In this document: positions 15,891-45,419 of the stretch, piece by piece | Position numbering within the stretch: position 1 is the first letter of the stretch | How the letters are laid out: every line of letters starts with the position of its first letter | NCBI RefSeq assembly: GCF_009914755.1 | Contig: NC_060934.1 | Origin: the human T2T-CHM13v2.0 reference genome, Homo sapiens | Strand: one strand, 5' to 3' | Length of the DNA stretch: 64,000 bases | Made by a program: the position numbers and the translations under genes | The notes under the pieces: generated by a model | Seen by the model: the letters and a program-made list of their open reading frames with translations, nothing else | Databases searched by the model: none | What the model was told of the DNA's origin: nothing

Positions 15891-16400
15891 TAAAATCCTC
15901 ATAGCTTAGCTCTCACCTATAAGTGAGAACGTATGATATTTGGTTTTCCATTCTTGAGTTACTTCACTTAGAATAATGGCATCTAGCTCCAACTAAGTTG
16001 TTGCAAAGGCCATTATTTCATTCTGTTTTATGGCTCAGCAGTATTCCATGGTGTATATATTCCACACTTTCTTTATCTGTCCATTCATTGATGGGCATTC
16101 CATATTTTTGCAATTGCAAATTGTGCTGCTATCAACATGCATGTGCATGTGTCTTTTTCATATGACTTCTTTCGCTTTGGGTAGATACCTAGTGTGAGAT
16201 TGCTGGATTGAATGGCAATACTGTTTTCCATAGTGGTTGTACTAGTTTACATTCCTATCAGCAGTGTAAGTGTTCCCTTTTCACCAAATCCATACCAACA
16301 TGTACGATTTTTCAATTTTTAAATTATGGCCATTCTTGCAGGAGTAAGGTGGTATCACACTGTGGTTTTCATTTGCATTTCCCTGATAATTAGTGATGTT
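15891..16400 (-). mobile_element. Old L1 (L1PB/L1MA) ORF2-end and 3'UTR fragment
   Basis: ataagtgagaac, gttacttcacttagaataatgg, tttgcatttccctgataattagtgatg. Confidence 0.85.
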
Positions 16401-17125
16401 TCTGAAGGAAAATATATTCTAAGAAGACAAACAGATGTTGAAAAGTTTTAAGAAAAATCTGATAAACACTAATTTTTAAATGGTTCAATTTACAGTCCAA
16501 AAGAGATCTTTACAATCAACAGTAGAGGGACAAGATAAATGTACATTACACACTTTGTTGCAATGTTTTACATTTTCTAAAAATCGTGAACATAGCTCCT
16601 GTTCAGAGCATAGATCAAGGTGCTTCTGCATTCACAAACAGCATTGTGTAGAACTGGAGCTGGCTTCTGCCACCACTGCTTCTGGAGCTCACATCTGTGG
16701 AAACCTGCACATTTCTCTGGATATTCTCTGACCTTGTAACTAGAACTAGAGCCCCACCGGATTAGCTGCAGGTTTTGAGAACAATTTAGCTGCCATTATA
16801 GTGGAGCTAAGTGTTCATAATTACAAATTTTGCTGCCTTCAAGAAACCAGTTTACAGATTGATGACAGTAGTGATTAAGAGCACTTTAGCTTCTGCAACT
16901 TTCAAAGTACTTCTATTTGTTTCAAATTCATTTTCTGTTACATCCTTTGCTAAAATGGCTACTAGCAATATCACCGTGACAACTCAGTTTCTACTATTAG
17001 CAAAGCAGTAATTTAGCAGCCATTTCAAAACCAACTGACCATCACTAGTGAGTCTCTTCTTAGTCACAAGAATCCTCAATTCACTGGTAAATATACAGTG
17101 TAGTAATTCTGAATGAAAGTCTTTA

Positions 17126-21246
<4,121 letters not shown>

Positions 21247-22350
21247 ATTCTGAAAGACAGTCTTAACTGGAGTAACAGGAAAATGTAAAAAAAAAAAAAA
21301 AAAAAAAACCCAAAACCTCTTGCCACTGCCTGTCATGATCTTGGATCTTCATATGGTGCTCAATGTCATCAAGAGGTATTCCTTCAGATTTCCCTAAATG
21401 TCACCCACAAAGCCATTCTCGCTGTCTAGTGGACACTGTGACAGCCTCTGCTGGAAATGCCTCCCTGGCTCACTCTGCCTACCAGCTCCAAGGCCCTTCC
21501 CTTTACAACAGTCATGAGGCCAGACTGGAAGAAAGACCCCATGAAGTTTCTGTTTCAGCATCATGTTGGTGCCATCTGTGAGCAACCCCATGACTCAGCA
21601 AGATTTATTGCACTCTCACAGGTAACTCGGGGCCCCCAAAGTGCTGCTGTGGTTTTATGAGTGCCCCAGGAACCTCCTGAGTGTGGTGAGCACTGGGTGA
21701 TGCTCCAGCAATATTTCTCAGACTGCCTGAGGGGAACACTGGAACTTCTAACTCATCAGCCCAATTTCTAAACACATGCAACACTCCTACTGGGATGGGA
21801 CAGGGACACAGGGATCTGTGGCTATTCTGTATCTCGAGGTTTCTATAAAACAGAACTTCAGATAAAAGCAGGGGGAACACCAGCAAAGGCAAATTCACAA
21901 TGTGTAACTCAGGGTGAAACTACACAGTTTTCACAGTCCAGAGGCCTTAGACCTGTCACTGGCCAAATAATTATTTCCAAGGCCACACATGTGCTCCTTA
22001 CAAAGAGACTGGAACTTGCACACAGCTTTGAAAAAGCCATAAGATATTTACTGTACTATTATGTTCTGGTAGTACACTGGTAAGATAATGCCAAAAATAT
22101 TCACCAGAAAAATACTTTTCAATTTATGAGCAGATTATTAAAACATCAATTTACCAAGACCTACCAGCAAACAATGAAAAACATGAACTATTGTTCTAAA
22201 GCTGGATGGAAAAATATGTGGTGTTTAGGCCCATTTTCATTATCTGCACAACGTAAGCTTTAAAAGTATTTCTTAAAGTATTTAAGTTTATGGGACCACA
22301 TAAAGTACTGAAAAATGGTTACAAAGTTCACAAAAACCATACAAACTCAC

Positions 22351-22517
22351 ATTTCTTCAACTGTAATGTTCTTAAAGAGCTTGCAGTAGTCCTCATTCCA
22401 CACAGCCATATCACTCCAAACCTTGGAGGCAAGAAGAATGGCTCCCAAGACAATCCTCTTCCAGTTAGTTGGACAAATGTCGATATCAGCATAACTTACA
22501 AGTCTTTCTATGTAAAT
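22351..22517 (-). pseudogene. CCNYL2: Coding exon 8 ([56 protein letters not shown])
   Basis: ttgcag|ATTTAC...GAAAT|gtgagt; 167 nt; core of the cyclin N domain. Not in the ORF track. Confidence 0.95.
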
Positions 22518-25102
22518 CTGCAAAACAGAGCACTGGCCTTTGATTTAGCTCAGTTTAAGTGCCAAGAATTCTTATGAATGACAGATTTCTTCTGGTTTTG
22601 ACCAGAAAGTAAGTGCTTATGTTCTACAGAGATTTGCTTGATCAGACCAAACAAGTGGCCATATCACAATTGTAGGTCAGATACTTCTGCTACCTACTCT
22701 GCTCATAGAAATTCACAGCCCAATTTTGGTCACAAGAATGACCGTATATCTCAGCCAAGGGCATCATGAAGACAGGCAGTGCTGTCACCTTCACACTCAT
22801 AAAAGACAGCAGACATGCAGGCCCAGTGTGGAATAAAGTCATTCAATAAATCCTTAAGTGCCTACATATGTAATGTCTCACACGGAGCTGGTAGGTAGAT
22901 GGGAATTTTATAAGTACGTCAAGCTTGAATATGTAAAACCCATGTAATAGTGAGCAAATGTTAACCTTCTTCTCACAAAAACTCACCCTTCTGTGGCACT
23001 AGCTTTAAAAACTGCTGATCAAGAGAGCCTCCCAGCAGCTGCTGTGTAGAGCAGCATGGCAGGAGCAGGTCTGTGGGGTTGTAAAACATTCCCCATATTC
23101 AGTTGCTCACTTGGTAAGAAACACATGTGTATAAAGGATGGTCCTTCTCACAGCCCCTATCTTGCACATCTTCATGATCACTTCAAAAAATTTATTCTGT
23201 CTTACATCACCTGCAAATTAGACAATTCTGTTGGTTTTAAGGTGGAAACAGCTGCCAGTCTCTGTATCCCTGGGATTCCTCTACACCTGCCAGGCAGTTG
23301 GTGAGACAATCCCCTGAATTACTTTACATCTATCAAACATCTGTCCTACAAAGAATTGAGCAAAGTGAATAGCTGAGTAAACATTAAAGGTGAACTGTGA
23401 GGTGTTGTTACCTCAGAGGGTGCTCTGCAGAACAGTATGTCTGTGAGCTACTTGAACTGTTTACATCGAAACAAAAGGAAAAAACTTTATATAAATAAGC
23501 AAGTTTATTTCTTGTCTGAAGGGTATCAGATTGCAGAACACTGCCAGATCTGATACTGATCTGAACACTGCCAAACTCAAGTATGTTTTCAAAAACAAAT
23601 GGCTATTGAACATGACATTTTACAGATTCCACTCCCTTTCTCCCAAACTCTGCACTCTCAAGTATTTCAAGAGTGAACCTCCCTCCCAGGGTTCAACTGC
23701 GTAGGAATCAGAGACCTCTGAAACAACATGGCAAGCCCTCTACTTCCTGTCCCCTTTCCTGCTAAGCTGCTGACCTGCTGACACTCATCCATGCCACGTG
23801 CCCTTCTGGGTGAGTTTGAGAATTCTTTATTCCCACTGATGCCAACTCTTCCCTCAGTGCAGTTGATCCCATCTCACTTTTGCAGCACACTGTTCCCACA
23901 ATCACCTCTTTCTGAAGATTTTCTTCCTCTCTACCAGAAATTTCCTCCAAATTGTGTTTCCTTTGTCCCCATCCCACTCCCCACTCCTCTCCAACTGTGT
24001 CCTCTCACTGATGCTCACAGCACCATACCCTCATACCAGCTCCTCATCTTCCATCTCTCCTTCAGCTACACTGCCTGCCCCTGCTGACATGACTCTCCCA
24101 AGGCTCCTCTTGCCAACAGGCACTTGTCTCTTGTGTCTTCACGCTGACAAACTAAAGCTCTGCATACATTGCCATTTGCCTAGGTGTTGGGGCCAAATAC
24201 CTGCATTTCAGTTCCCCTGCTCCAATCTGTGTGCAATGCCTCTTACGTCTACCTTCACTGGTGGTCTGCATGGTTTGATGGTGACCCACAGTCTATCACT
24301 GCTCACCTGTATTACCCTAGTTGCTTCTTAACCCTCTTCACTGCCTCCACTCTGCCTCCCAACTATAGCTTACTGTCCCCAAAGCAGCCATCATAACCTC
24401 TTCATTTAGAGCATGGCACTCCCCTGCTCAAGATCTCCCCAAGAGCTTCCCATCAAACTGGAGTAAAACCTTAACTTCTTCCTACAGCCTACAAGCCAAA
24501 AGGCCCTGTGAGCTATGGTACTGCCTGAAGGGCCTCATCTCCACTCTTTCCCTCATTCTTCACTCTGACTATGCTGGTCACCTTGCTGTTTGTTCCTCAA
24601 ACACACATGAAATGCATTTCTGTCTGTCTTGGCAGTCATCCTGCTGCCTGTAATGTCAGCACTCTTTCCCGTCGCGCCTTCAGTCAGGTCACTGTTCTAA
24701 TGTCAGCTCTCTAGAGAGGCTCTTCCTTATCTGTCTACCTAAAATAGCCCCCAATCACTCTGTATCCCTTTATCCTGCTTCCTCTTCCTGCTGTTTCATA
24801 CACTTAAGTTCCATCTTCCTAGAATATAAGCTCATAAAAGCAAGAACTGTGTTCCACCTGTCCTCTCCTCTACCTCCGCACTTAGAAGAGCGGCACAGGG
24901 TCAGCATCCAGTGAGTGTTCACTAATCAGTCACTGCTTGGCAGCATTCAGCACTGTGACTACAGCTTCTCCTATCTTGAACTCTTTCTCCTTTTATTATC
25001 CTCTTCTGCTTTTCCTCTTCCCACTCTAGTAGACACTCTTCTGGGGGCTTGTCCCTTAAATGATAATAGTCTTTACCGACCTATATTCTGTCCATTTTAT
25101 CT

Positions 25103-25822
<720 letters not shown>

Positions 25823-26906
25823 TGTCCAATTTCATTCTACACACTTTCTTGGTATTTAAACAGCTGCCGTTGCTCTTCATTCTGTAGCTCTATGTCCAAT
25901 TCATGCTCTAGTCCTGTATATCCAAATGATGACTAGACTGTGCTACTCTGCTCTCTCAAAGGCACACCAAGCTTAGCCTATGTACAAAACTCTCCCTTTT
26001 CCAATCCAGCTTTCCCTCCTGCATCACCTATCTCTACATCTGGAAACACCACTCCTGCTTCCCTCTAGCATATGCTAACAGTCCCAAATGACTTGCAGCT
26101 TCTCGAGAGGACTGTATCTGGTCCAGTGCCCTTTGAGGGCTTTGATTCAGGTGCACAGCAGGAGCCTTCTCCCCTAGAATCTAACTGGTTGCTAAACAAG
26201 TATTGACCTAAGTATTTTTTCATTCCTGGCCATGCAGTTGACTTTCCTCTATAGGTTTGTTGTGGGGAGGAGTAAGACTATTTTTAACAATTTGAGCAGA
26301 ATTTATTATTTAAAATGATAGGTTTACAAAAGGAATTTGTAGGGATAATGTAAATGTAACGACACAGCTATGGTTTGGTAGACCAACTGGAACCACATTC
26401 CTGGGCAACTTCATGAGCAAGCACAGGTGATCAGCAGGGATAGATAAACACACATCATCCAAGGAACAAAGAATTGAGGGCAGCAGCTGTCAATGACAAC
26501 ATGCATCAGAATTGCCTGGGGATATACCCTGGGACTCAGCTTAGACCTACACTGGCATCCCTTCCTGCCCATCAGCCAGATGGTTTTGTTACTGCTCCCC
26601 ATTCCAAGCTGTCCACATGACCTGGATGTGTGTGCACTGTGTGTGCATGTGTTTATTGATGTGTTGGGGGAGAAATCAGAAATCCCTCCTGCTGCCTTTA
26701 ATAGCAATTGTTCTGTGATGAGAAAAGCAACTGTGACATTTTAAGCCATAATGATGATTCAACTAAAATGTGTGTATTTGCTTTCAAAAGTTTCTCTTAA
26801 AATTCTGAGATAACTTCAGAAACCTACTGTATTAAAAAACAGGACCATACCACCCTGTTTACAAGAAGAACTTCTAAAGCTGCTTTATAAATAGAAAATA
26901 TCTTAC

Positions 26907-27026
26907 CAAACTTACGATTGCAAACTCAGCTGTTAGCCTCATGGCTTTAAACAGAGTACGAACAAATCTGAAGATCAATTTGTGTTCAGGATCATACTTA
27001 AAATATTCCTCCAAAACCTCTTTTCG
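26907..27026 (-). pseudogene. CCNYL2: Coding exon 7 ([40 protein letters not shown])
   Basis: tttcag|CGAAAAG...TTTG|gtaaga; 120 nt; start of the cyclin box. Confidence 0.94.
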
Positions 27027-27512
27027 CTGAAAGAAGAAAGGATGCAATGTAAGTATCCATTGAAGAAAAAAACCTGAGGTGCTCTTAAGACAGCAGTGTT
27101 CACATTTGTGCCCATGTGTCACTTACGATAATTTTGATTGGTGAGATGTCTTTTAGTTTTTTACAATATGAACAGCAGGATCCTGAAATACCATAATGAT
27201 TTAATACTCATCCACATTCACTTAAAAATAATATGAGCTTAAGCTCAGAAAATGTTTATATTCTTTTTTACCCTTTCCCTCACATAATTCCATCCAAATG
27301 TAAGCTACTCCATCCAAATGTAAGCTTTAATGTCTTACTGACTGTATGTCATACTTCTCTGCAATAAACTTTGAAAAAATATAGTTACCTGTAACCATGA
27401 GGCTCTAAGCCTGTGCTGATAAATACAATAGTCACTAGCCACATGTGGCTATTATGTACCTAAGGAAGTACATTTTTAAATTTTTACACCATGTAAGTTG
27501 ATATAAACCTAA

Positions 27513-27828
<316 letters not shown>

Positions 27829-28150
27829 GAACTTAAATTATTTTTAACCCTCTTCATAAAAATCATGCTTCTTTGTTAAAAGTATTTACATATACTTATA
27901 CTGCTTGATACTATTAACAATTATCTTTTAAAAAGATATGTTTTCTGTTATTTGGATAGTATATTTACTCACATTAGCTCACTAATTAAACATACCTGCA
28001 GATCAGTTCTTATTCCAGCATGTTCTTTTTACAACACTTTTAAAATAAGATGACTAGATGCCACATGAAATGGGGAACAAGACTTAAAGAAAGATGCCTT
28101 TGACTGCGGGCACGAAACAGATACAAATCTATGATGAAAATACAGACTCA

Positions 28151-28783
<633 letters not shown>

Positions 28784-28790
28784 GTGACAC

Positions 28791-28842
28791 TGTAAGTGGG
28801 TGTAACTGTTCATCAAATATGCCCAAAGATCTATGTGCATCT
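28791..28842 (-). pseudogene. CCNYL2: Coding exon 6 ([17 protein letters not shown]), with a weakened donor
   Basis: ttatag|AGATGCA...CTTACA|gtgtca; 52 nt; IFDE.LHPL cyclin-Y motif; the donor abuts an Alu poly(T). Confidence 0.88.
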
Positions 28843-29336
28843 CTATAAAATAAGAATGTGTATTACTTCAAAAACTGTTAATATCTTAGTATAATATCTG
28901 TTTAGTAAAATAATGCTTCCTATGTGCCTATGTGCTTTGGTGTTTACTTCACCAAAGCAAACAGTTTTTACAAATTCTCCTTGATACTGACTTGCGGAGG
29001 TTTCCTGACCTCTTCTTCCTCAGCATAGCATGTCCTGTACTGTGAAGTCTTTTATACCATAACCAGTTACAACTGCCTGTAAGTATTGACCCTCCCTAAC
29101 AGGCAATGGCAATAAACAAAACACATTTTCACTCCTCGAACCACACACTGAAACACAAGAACGTTTTACAAAGCAGTAGTGGTGGGCAATAATCTCTTTA
29201 GAACTTTAATAAATGTAAATGTGATTCAGATTTGCTAGCTTCCTTTAATTTAAATTACTAAAAATAATAAATACATCATGAGAATATACTACAGAGAACT
29301 AAAGAGAAACATCAGTTTCATTTAAAAATACAACCG

Positions 29337-29606
29337 GGCCAGCACAGTGGCTCACACCTGTAAAATCCCAGCACTTTGGGAGGCCAAAACAGGCAGATCA
29401 CTTGAGCTCCTTTAGGAGTTCGAGACCAGCCTGGGCAACATGACAAAACCCTGTCTCTACCAAAAACACAAAAAAATTATCCAGGCATGCTGACACACAT
29501 CTGTGATCCCAGCTACTCAGGAGCCTGAGGTGAGAGGATTGCTTGAGCTGAGATCATGCCAATGGACTCTAGCCAAGTGACAGAGTGAAACTCGGTCTAA
29601 AAAAAA
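29337..29606 (+). mobile_element. AluJ-like element
   Basis: Diverged sense Alu with a right-arm deletion. Confidence 0.88.
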
Positions 29607-29619
29607 GGTACAACTATCA

Positions 29620-30570
29620 TTCTCAAAAATAAATGAAGCTGTCACTCATTCACAAGGAAATGTGTCACTCATGTCACAAGGAAAATAAGTATTTGTTTCC
29701 AGTGATAGAATTTAAGCTTTCCTGAAGACTTTGAAAAACTTGTTCCTTCTACTGTAAGCTTGACAGCTTCTCAATACTTAAGGATGTTTTAAAATAAAAT
29801 TGGTGGTTAAATTAAAAAAGTCCTTTTTGATACAATAAAACATAAACCAATATTTTCCAAATAACTAATGCATAATATTATAAATGCAAGTATGTGGGGA
29901 AAGAACCATTTATTGTGCAAGAAAGATCGGTGAGTACTGAGAATACATTTGCTAATATGTAAAATGCCACTGTAACTAATTTAAGAAACTAGCACTTGTG
30001 AAGTTTTGATTTAGTATTAAAGAATACCCACAACTGTCTTAAAGCTTTAAAAATACACCTTTTACCAACTACATATTTGCATGAGGCTAGGTCATCTTAT
30101 TGCTTCTTTAAAGCAAATTGCAAAGAAAGAGCTAGAGAATCCAGCTGTCTTCTATTAAGCGCAACACTACAGATTATCAATAATATAGATACATGACACA
30201 CTTTTTACTCAACTTTTCATCATAGAAAAGTTATATTTTCTTTTAAAATTTTATGTTAACAATATTGTTCTCAAGGAATATTTTCTATTGTCACAACCTG
30301 GGTCATGGGTTACTACTGACATCTAGTGGGTAAAGGCCATCAGTGTTGCTGAATTTTCTGTAATGCACAGGACAGTCTTCACAACAAAGCATTATCTAGC
30401 TCATAATATCAATAGTGTTAAGACTGTGAAATCTAAACTAAAAATAGATTTTGAAAAAAATCTCAAGTTTATATTTCTATCAGAGTAAATATCAATATAA
30501 TCAATATAAAATCATACTCATTGGGATACTTAATCATTTAAGAATTTAAAAAGTCTCAAGGACCAAAGAA
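29620..30570. mobile_element. hAT-Charlie1-like DNA transposon fragments with a MER20-like insert (about 30265-30430)
   Basis: gcttgacagcttctcaatacttaag and MER20-like actgacatctagtgggtaaaggcc...aatgcacaggacagtc; from recall. Confidence 0.55.
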
Positions 30571-30705
30571 AACACAAATAATTTGCTTCGATATTTTAGT
30601 AGGCACAATACAGCTTATGATGTCTAGAGCTATGATCTAACGCTGAGCTTAATATCATGCAAAGTAATTAGCCAGAATAACAAGACAGGTTTTAAAAAAG
30701 CTCAC

Positions 30706-30741
30706 CTTTGCTTGATATGATAATATAGTGCCAAGGTCACA
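30706..30741 (-). pseudogene. CCNYL2: Coding exon 5 (VTLALYYHIKQR)
   Basis: ccacag|TGTGACC...CAAAG|gtgagc; 36 nt, phase 2 to 2. Confidence 0.9.
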
Positions 30742-31049
30742 CTGTGGAAGGAAAAAAAATATTCATAACAATAAATGTTATCATTTGTTAGGCTTGAAGA
30801 CATTTTTTAAGAGGGGGGCAGAGGAAACTCTCCTAGCGGCTCTGAAATTCAAATCTTATAGTTCAGAACAGTACCATAAGGGCACTTTCTTATTTTCATT
30901 TCTTGGCTTTTAGCAAAAATATGAGAACCAAAATGCAAGGCAGTATGCTTTTAGAAGACATGTTTCTGTTGTGATTATAATATATAAATAACAACATATT
31001 TCCCTGTTATATGCTCTTCTACCCACAAAACCTTTCATCCCATGCAATT

Positions 31050-31427
<378 letters not shown>

Positions 31428-32129
31428 TAGGCCCTGCATTTTAGTTTAGTTCACTATCTCCTACCACCCATTTTTAATTATTTCCCTAAAAATACATAAT
31501 GAAAGTGCTTTATAAAAAAATTATTTGAAATCACTTTTGCATAATTATTTAAAAATATATTAGTAAATATACGCACACAGGAAATCAATGATAGGTGCAG
31601 TGATCCCAAAATATGCAGTGCTGACAAGGCAGTATACCATGACACAGTGTAATATGAATGGCAGGTACCTTCAATTAGTTTAACTGAAATATTTATGAAC
31701 AGATACACCTCTTCAGATACATGTAACTATATTCCTAAGTTACTCACAGATGCTGTGTATCACAAAACAAGAGGTTCTCTTACATAAGTTATGTGCTTCC
31801 ATTTGCTCTCAGCATCTAGAATGAGACTCAAAATAACTGAGGGAAGGAAAATCCCTCGGTTAATAATAGGTCTATACAATATTAGCACTTTTTAAAAAGC
31901 TTATAACATTAGCATTTAAGATGGATATGTCTATAGTGCTTCAAGTAGTTTTCACTTCTAAAATCATTTTAAAATCACAGAATTTGAAGTTACATGCTGG
32001 AAAGGACCAATGACCTTACATGACATTTAATCCAACACTCATTTTACAGATCAGGGAAACAAACCTTAAAACTGACTTGCCCAAGGTCCCACCAAATAGG
32101 AGCAGCTTCTCATCCTAAACTCAAATTAA

Positions 32130-32300
32130 GCAGTGCTCTCAAACTTTGCTGTACATTAAAATCAACTGAGGAGCTTTAATAACTGCCTCATTTTCAACAT
32201 GAGACTTTTTAGTTTAATTAGTTAGCATTGGGTAGGACTTCAGGCATTAGGGTTGTTGTTAAAAATTTTCCTGGTGACTTCAAAGTGCAGCAAAGTTTGG
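32130..32300. mobile_element. MER5A-like DNA transposon
   Basis: cagtgctctcaaactttgctgtacattaaaatcaactgaggag...ggtgacttcaaagtgcagcaaagtttgg, with imperfect inverted ends. Confidence 0.65.
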
Positions 32301-33002
32301 AGTGATTGAGTTGGTGAAAATCAGAATCTTCTGGGATGCTTTTCTTCACAAGAAGATGCCTCACATCGATTCCTATTTTCCTAAAGGGCTTCTCAGTGCC
32401 TAGAGACAGAGGGAAGGTTGAGGTGGGAAGATACAAATGTTTGCAGACATGTATTTTGAAAAAAAAAACCTTGCAAAAGTGATCCCAATGAGTTCCATCT
32501 ACCCCATTGACAACAGTGTACTACTAACCCATAATAAACATTTTTCAAAATCTTTTCTTGAAGCCAATTTGCCCTATTAATTTGCTCAATAAACCTTTAT
32601 TTCACTAATAGTGAATATACCAAATGATAATTTCTCAAACTTGTTGATGGGAAATTAAAACTTACTTTACTTTCAAAAGTAGACTTCTAAAAATTAGAAT
32701 AATGAGGAAAAAAGCGTGAAATTTGTTTGAGCAAGATTAATGTTTAAAACTACTTTTAAATTGTATGCTAACACATCAAAACTTTTGAATTCAAAAGAAG
32801 CCAGGGATACAAACCAGAGTGATTTTTTCTTTTTTTGCTCAAGGATTTAGAGGCTTGGCTGAATACAGACATGTAGTGATTACGCAATAGGTCCCAAAGC
32901 GCAGGACTTGAGACAGGGTTTGAATCCAGTTTTCACTGAAACACAATTTCATCTCTACTACTGTGATAAGGGAGAGAGGAAGTGACATTATTATGAGCGT
33001 AA

Positions 33003-34222
<1,220 letters not shown>

Positions 34223-34831
34223 CATTAATATTCTAAATTAGCACTTTCCAAACTGTGTTCTAAAAATCAATACTCATAATCCAAGGAAGTGATAATGATG
34301 TACACTGGACAAACCCAATGGAGCTTGTGGTGGTGTTGGTTGTTGTTCCTTTTAAAATAAACTTCATCTCAGGGTGCTCTCAAAGAGCATCTTTGTGGCC
34401 CATGAGGTTCTCATGCACAATGGGAGAAAATCAAATGCAGATACACTGTGGTGCCAGTAGAGAAAAAGCTGTTCCTTCTTCCAAGACTAATGTCCAAAGA
34501 AGTACGCATTGATTTAGGCCTGCAATGCACTGAAAAACTAATATTTCACAAAAATCATTCAATAAAGGGAACCTATCCTTCTCATTGAGTTCAGCATTGT
34601 CTTAAGGCATAAAGGCATCAAACAAATAGCTGCACTTTTTCTGGGATTGCTTATTTGCTGATTTTTCCTTCCACCATGATGTCTAAGATTAAAAGAGAAA
34701 CTGATACTTAATATTTAAAATCTGGATATCAATATATAGTTGACTCCAATTTCTTAAAATGATTGCTGAAGAGGACAACCAAATGGCTGAAATAATTTTT
34801 GAATGAAGCCTTGGCATTATAGTTGTACTCA

Positions 34832-34987
<156 letters not shown>

Positions 34988-36354
34988 TTAAAATGTCAAA
35001 TTTTTCAAAGCACTAGGATATTTCTTACACTCCATGAATGCCTGAGTGTGGTATCATGAGCACTCTATAGAAAACCCATCAGAGGCTCTTAACTTCCACA
35101 GAGGATGTTTGAGATACAGGTTATAAAATGCTGCCCTTAATGTGGTGCCTATCATCAAAACTAACAAGGATTTTATGAATTCCCTTTGTAAAAAATGAAA
35201 AAAGTTTAAAATAATATTTCATTTTTTTATAGTGACATAAAACAGCTGAGGATTTCTATTTCTGTTATTTATTTACTACAGTAAAATGTAATGTATTGAA
35301 TAATATTGGTATAAGACCATTTTACTGCAATGAATACAAGACTAAGACTAACACATTTACTAAGTTACTAATCCTAAATGTATTATTTCAGGCGATATTG
35401 TGACAAAACAAGTGTTTCAGATTCAGAGGCTCGTGTACCAGGGCTGCTAGGCCACCAACAAGTGAGGAAGACATAGGTTTCTCTAGTCCTGTTTTCTTAT
35501 GTGGAGGATAAAAAGAGTATCACCTAAGTATTCTCTCACACCCTGAAAACAGATGACAACTTAAAAAATTTAACTTTCACTTCATGTTTAAATAAGACTG
35601 CCATGACATGACTCAAATGAGACCCTCAGAGAATACTTTCCGTTCATTTCAAAATTTGATTAATTTTATTCTATACATCATTTGACCTGCACCTAGGCAT
35701 TTTCCTGCTCTACCCCTGTTCTCTGTCTGGAATAATGCTTTTCTCCTTCCTTGTTTCAACAAGCTTGACTCCATCTACCCTCTTGGATCTCTTTGCCAGT
35801 AGCCTCAGCCTCACATGTTTTGTTTTTTTGTACACCAACCGATTACAAGATACTAATTCTAGCAGAGTATTCCCCTCATGAGAAAGTACGCCTCTCCATA
35901 AGAGTAAGGGAGAGCCCTAACTGTTCCTACCTCTAGCTGCTCAGCATAAAATTTTGAATAAATCAAAAAGTTCAAGTGTTTGACAAATTAATTCAGTTAT
36001 AATTTGGAAGGTAAGTCTTACTACATTTAATTACAGCAAAAACACTACTAACGGTTTACTGTTTATAGGTATTATTTAAGGTAGTCACAAAATAGAAACA
36101 AATCTAACTTCAGTCAGCATAAATCACAGAGTATGAAATTTTACAATGTTTAACAAGAAATGGAAGGGTTTACTTAGTGGTTTTAAGGTTTTATGACAAA
36201 AACTAGAAAATAATCATACCTCATATTTTAGTAAATCAAAACCAAAGGCTTTACCATCAAAGGTCCAGTACCTGTTGGACACCGATGCCCAACCACTGAC
36301 TTCTTCCGCTGTACCTGCTGCCTCTCATTTTAACCCATTAAAAACACTAAAACT

Positions 36355-44775
<8,421 letters not shown>

Positions 44776-44881
44776 TACGGCATTCCTCTCAGCAAATATA
44801 AAATAAAATGAAAACTCAAGTTTACGTTTTCCTCTCTCCTTTTTAGCAGGACAAATTTTAGAAATGTTTTTAAATAATAAC

Positions 44882-45142
44882 TTTTTTCTCTTTCTGAGAC
44901 TGGGTCTCCCTTTGTTGCCTAGGCTGGAGTGCAGTGTGCAATTATAGTTAACTGCAGCCTCAAACTCCTGAGCTCAAGCGATCCTCTGCCTCAGCCTCCT
45001 GAGTAGGTAAAACTAAAGGCACATGCTACCAAGCCTGGCTAATTTGTTATTTAACTTTTTTTTAAAATTTTATTATTATTATACTTTAAGTTTTAGGGTA
45101 CATGTTTTTGTAGAGATGAGCTCTTGCTATGTTGACCAGGCT
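44882..45142 (-). mobile_element. AluJ-like element containing an approximately 40-bp L1PA 3' terminus
   Basis: The Alu linker is interrupted by ttttattattattatactttaagttttagggtacatg. Confidence 0.8.
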
Positions 45143-45419
45143 AAAAATAAACAAATTTTAATTAACTTAAATATTTCTAACACTTTGGGCATTCATGAAA
45201 ACAGCTCCATCTATGTTGTGAGGTATTGGGATAATATGGCAGTGAAAGTTTGAATAAAAATATTAAATAAGGCCTTAGGAGAAAAGTATAATATGCTTAT
45301 TATAGATACATCACTAAAAAAATTGTCTGGGTTAATACCATTAATTATATTGAAATTAAACTTTGATTCACATGTAAATATAGGTCCCAAATTTGGATTA
45401 AGTATAATAGATTGGCCAC

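Noticed and set aside
21394-21591. GLLTDGTNMM peptide resembling the hAT transposase TDGA..M motif
   Set aside because: The match is too short, with no other transposase motifs or inverted repeats; it would need a profile search.
27289-27326. 20-bp-period duplication tccatccaaatgtaagct x2, and a similar pair at 29641-29685
   Set aside because: Ordinary slippage duplications with only two units; not CRISPR-like or array-like.
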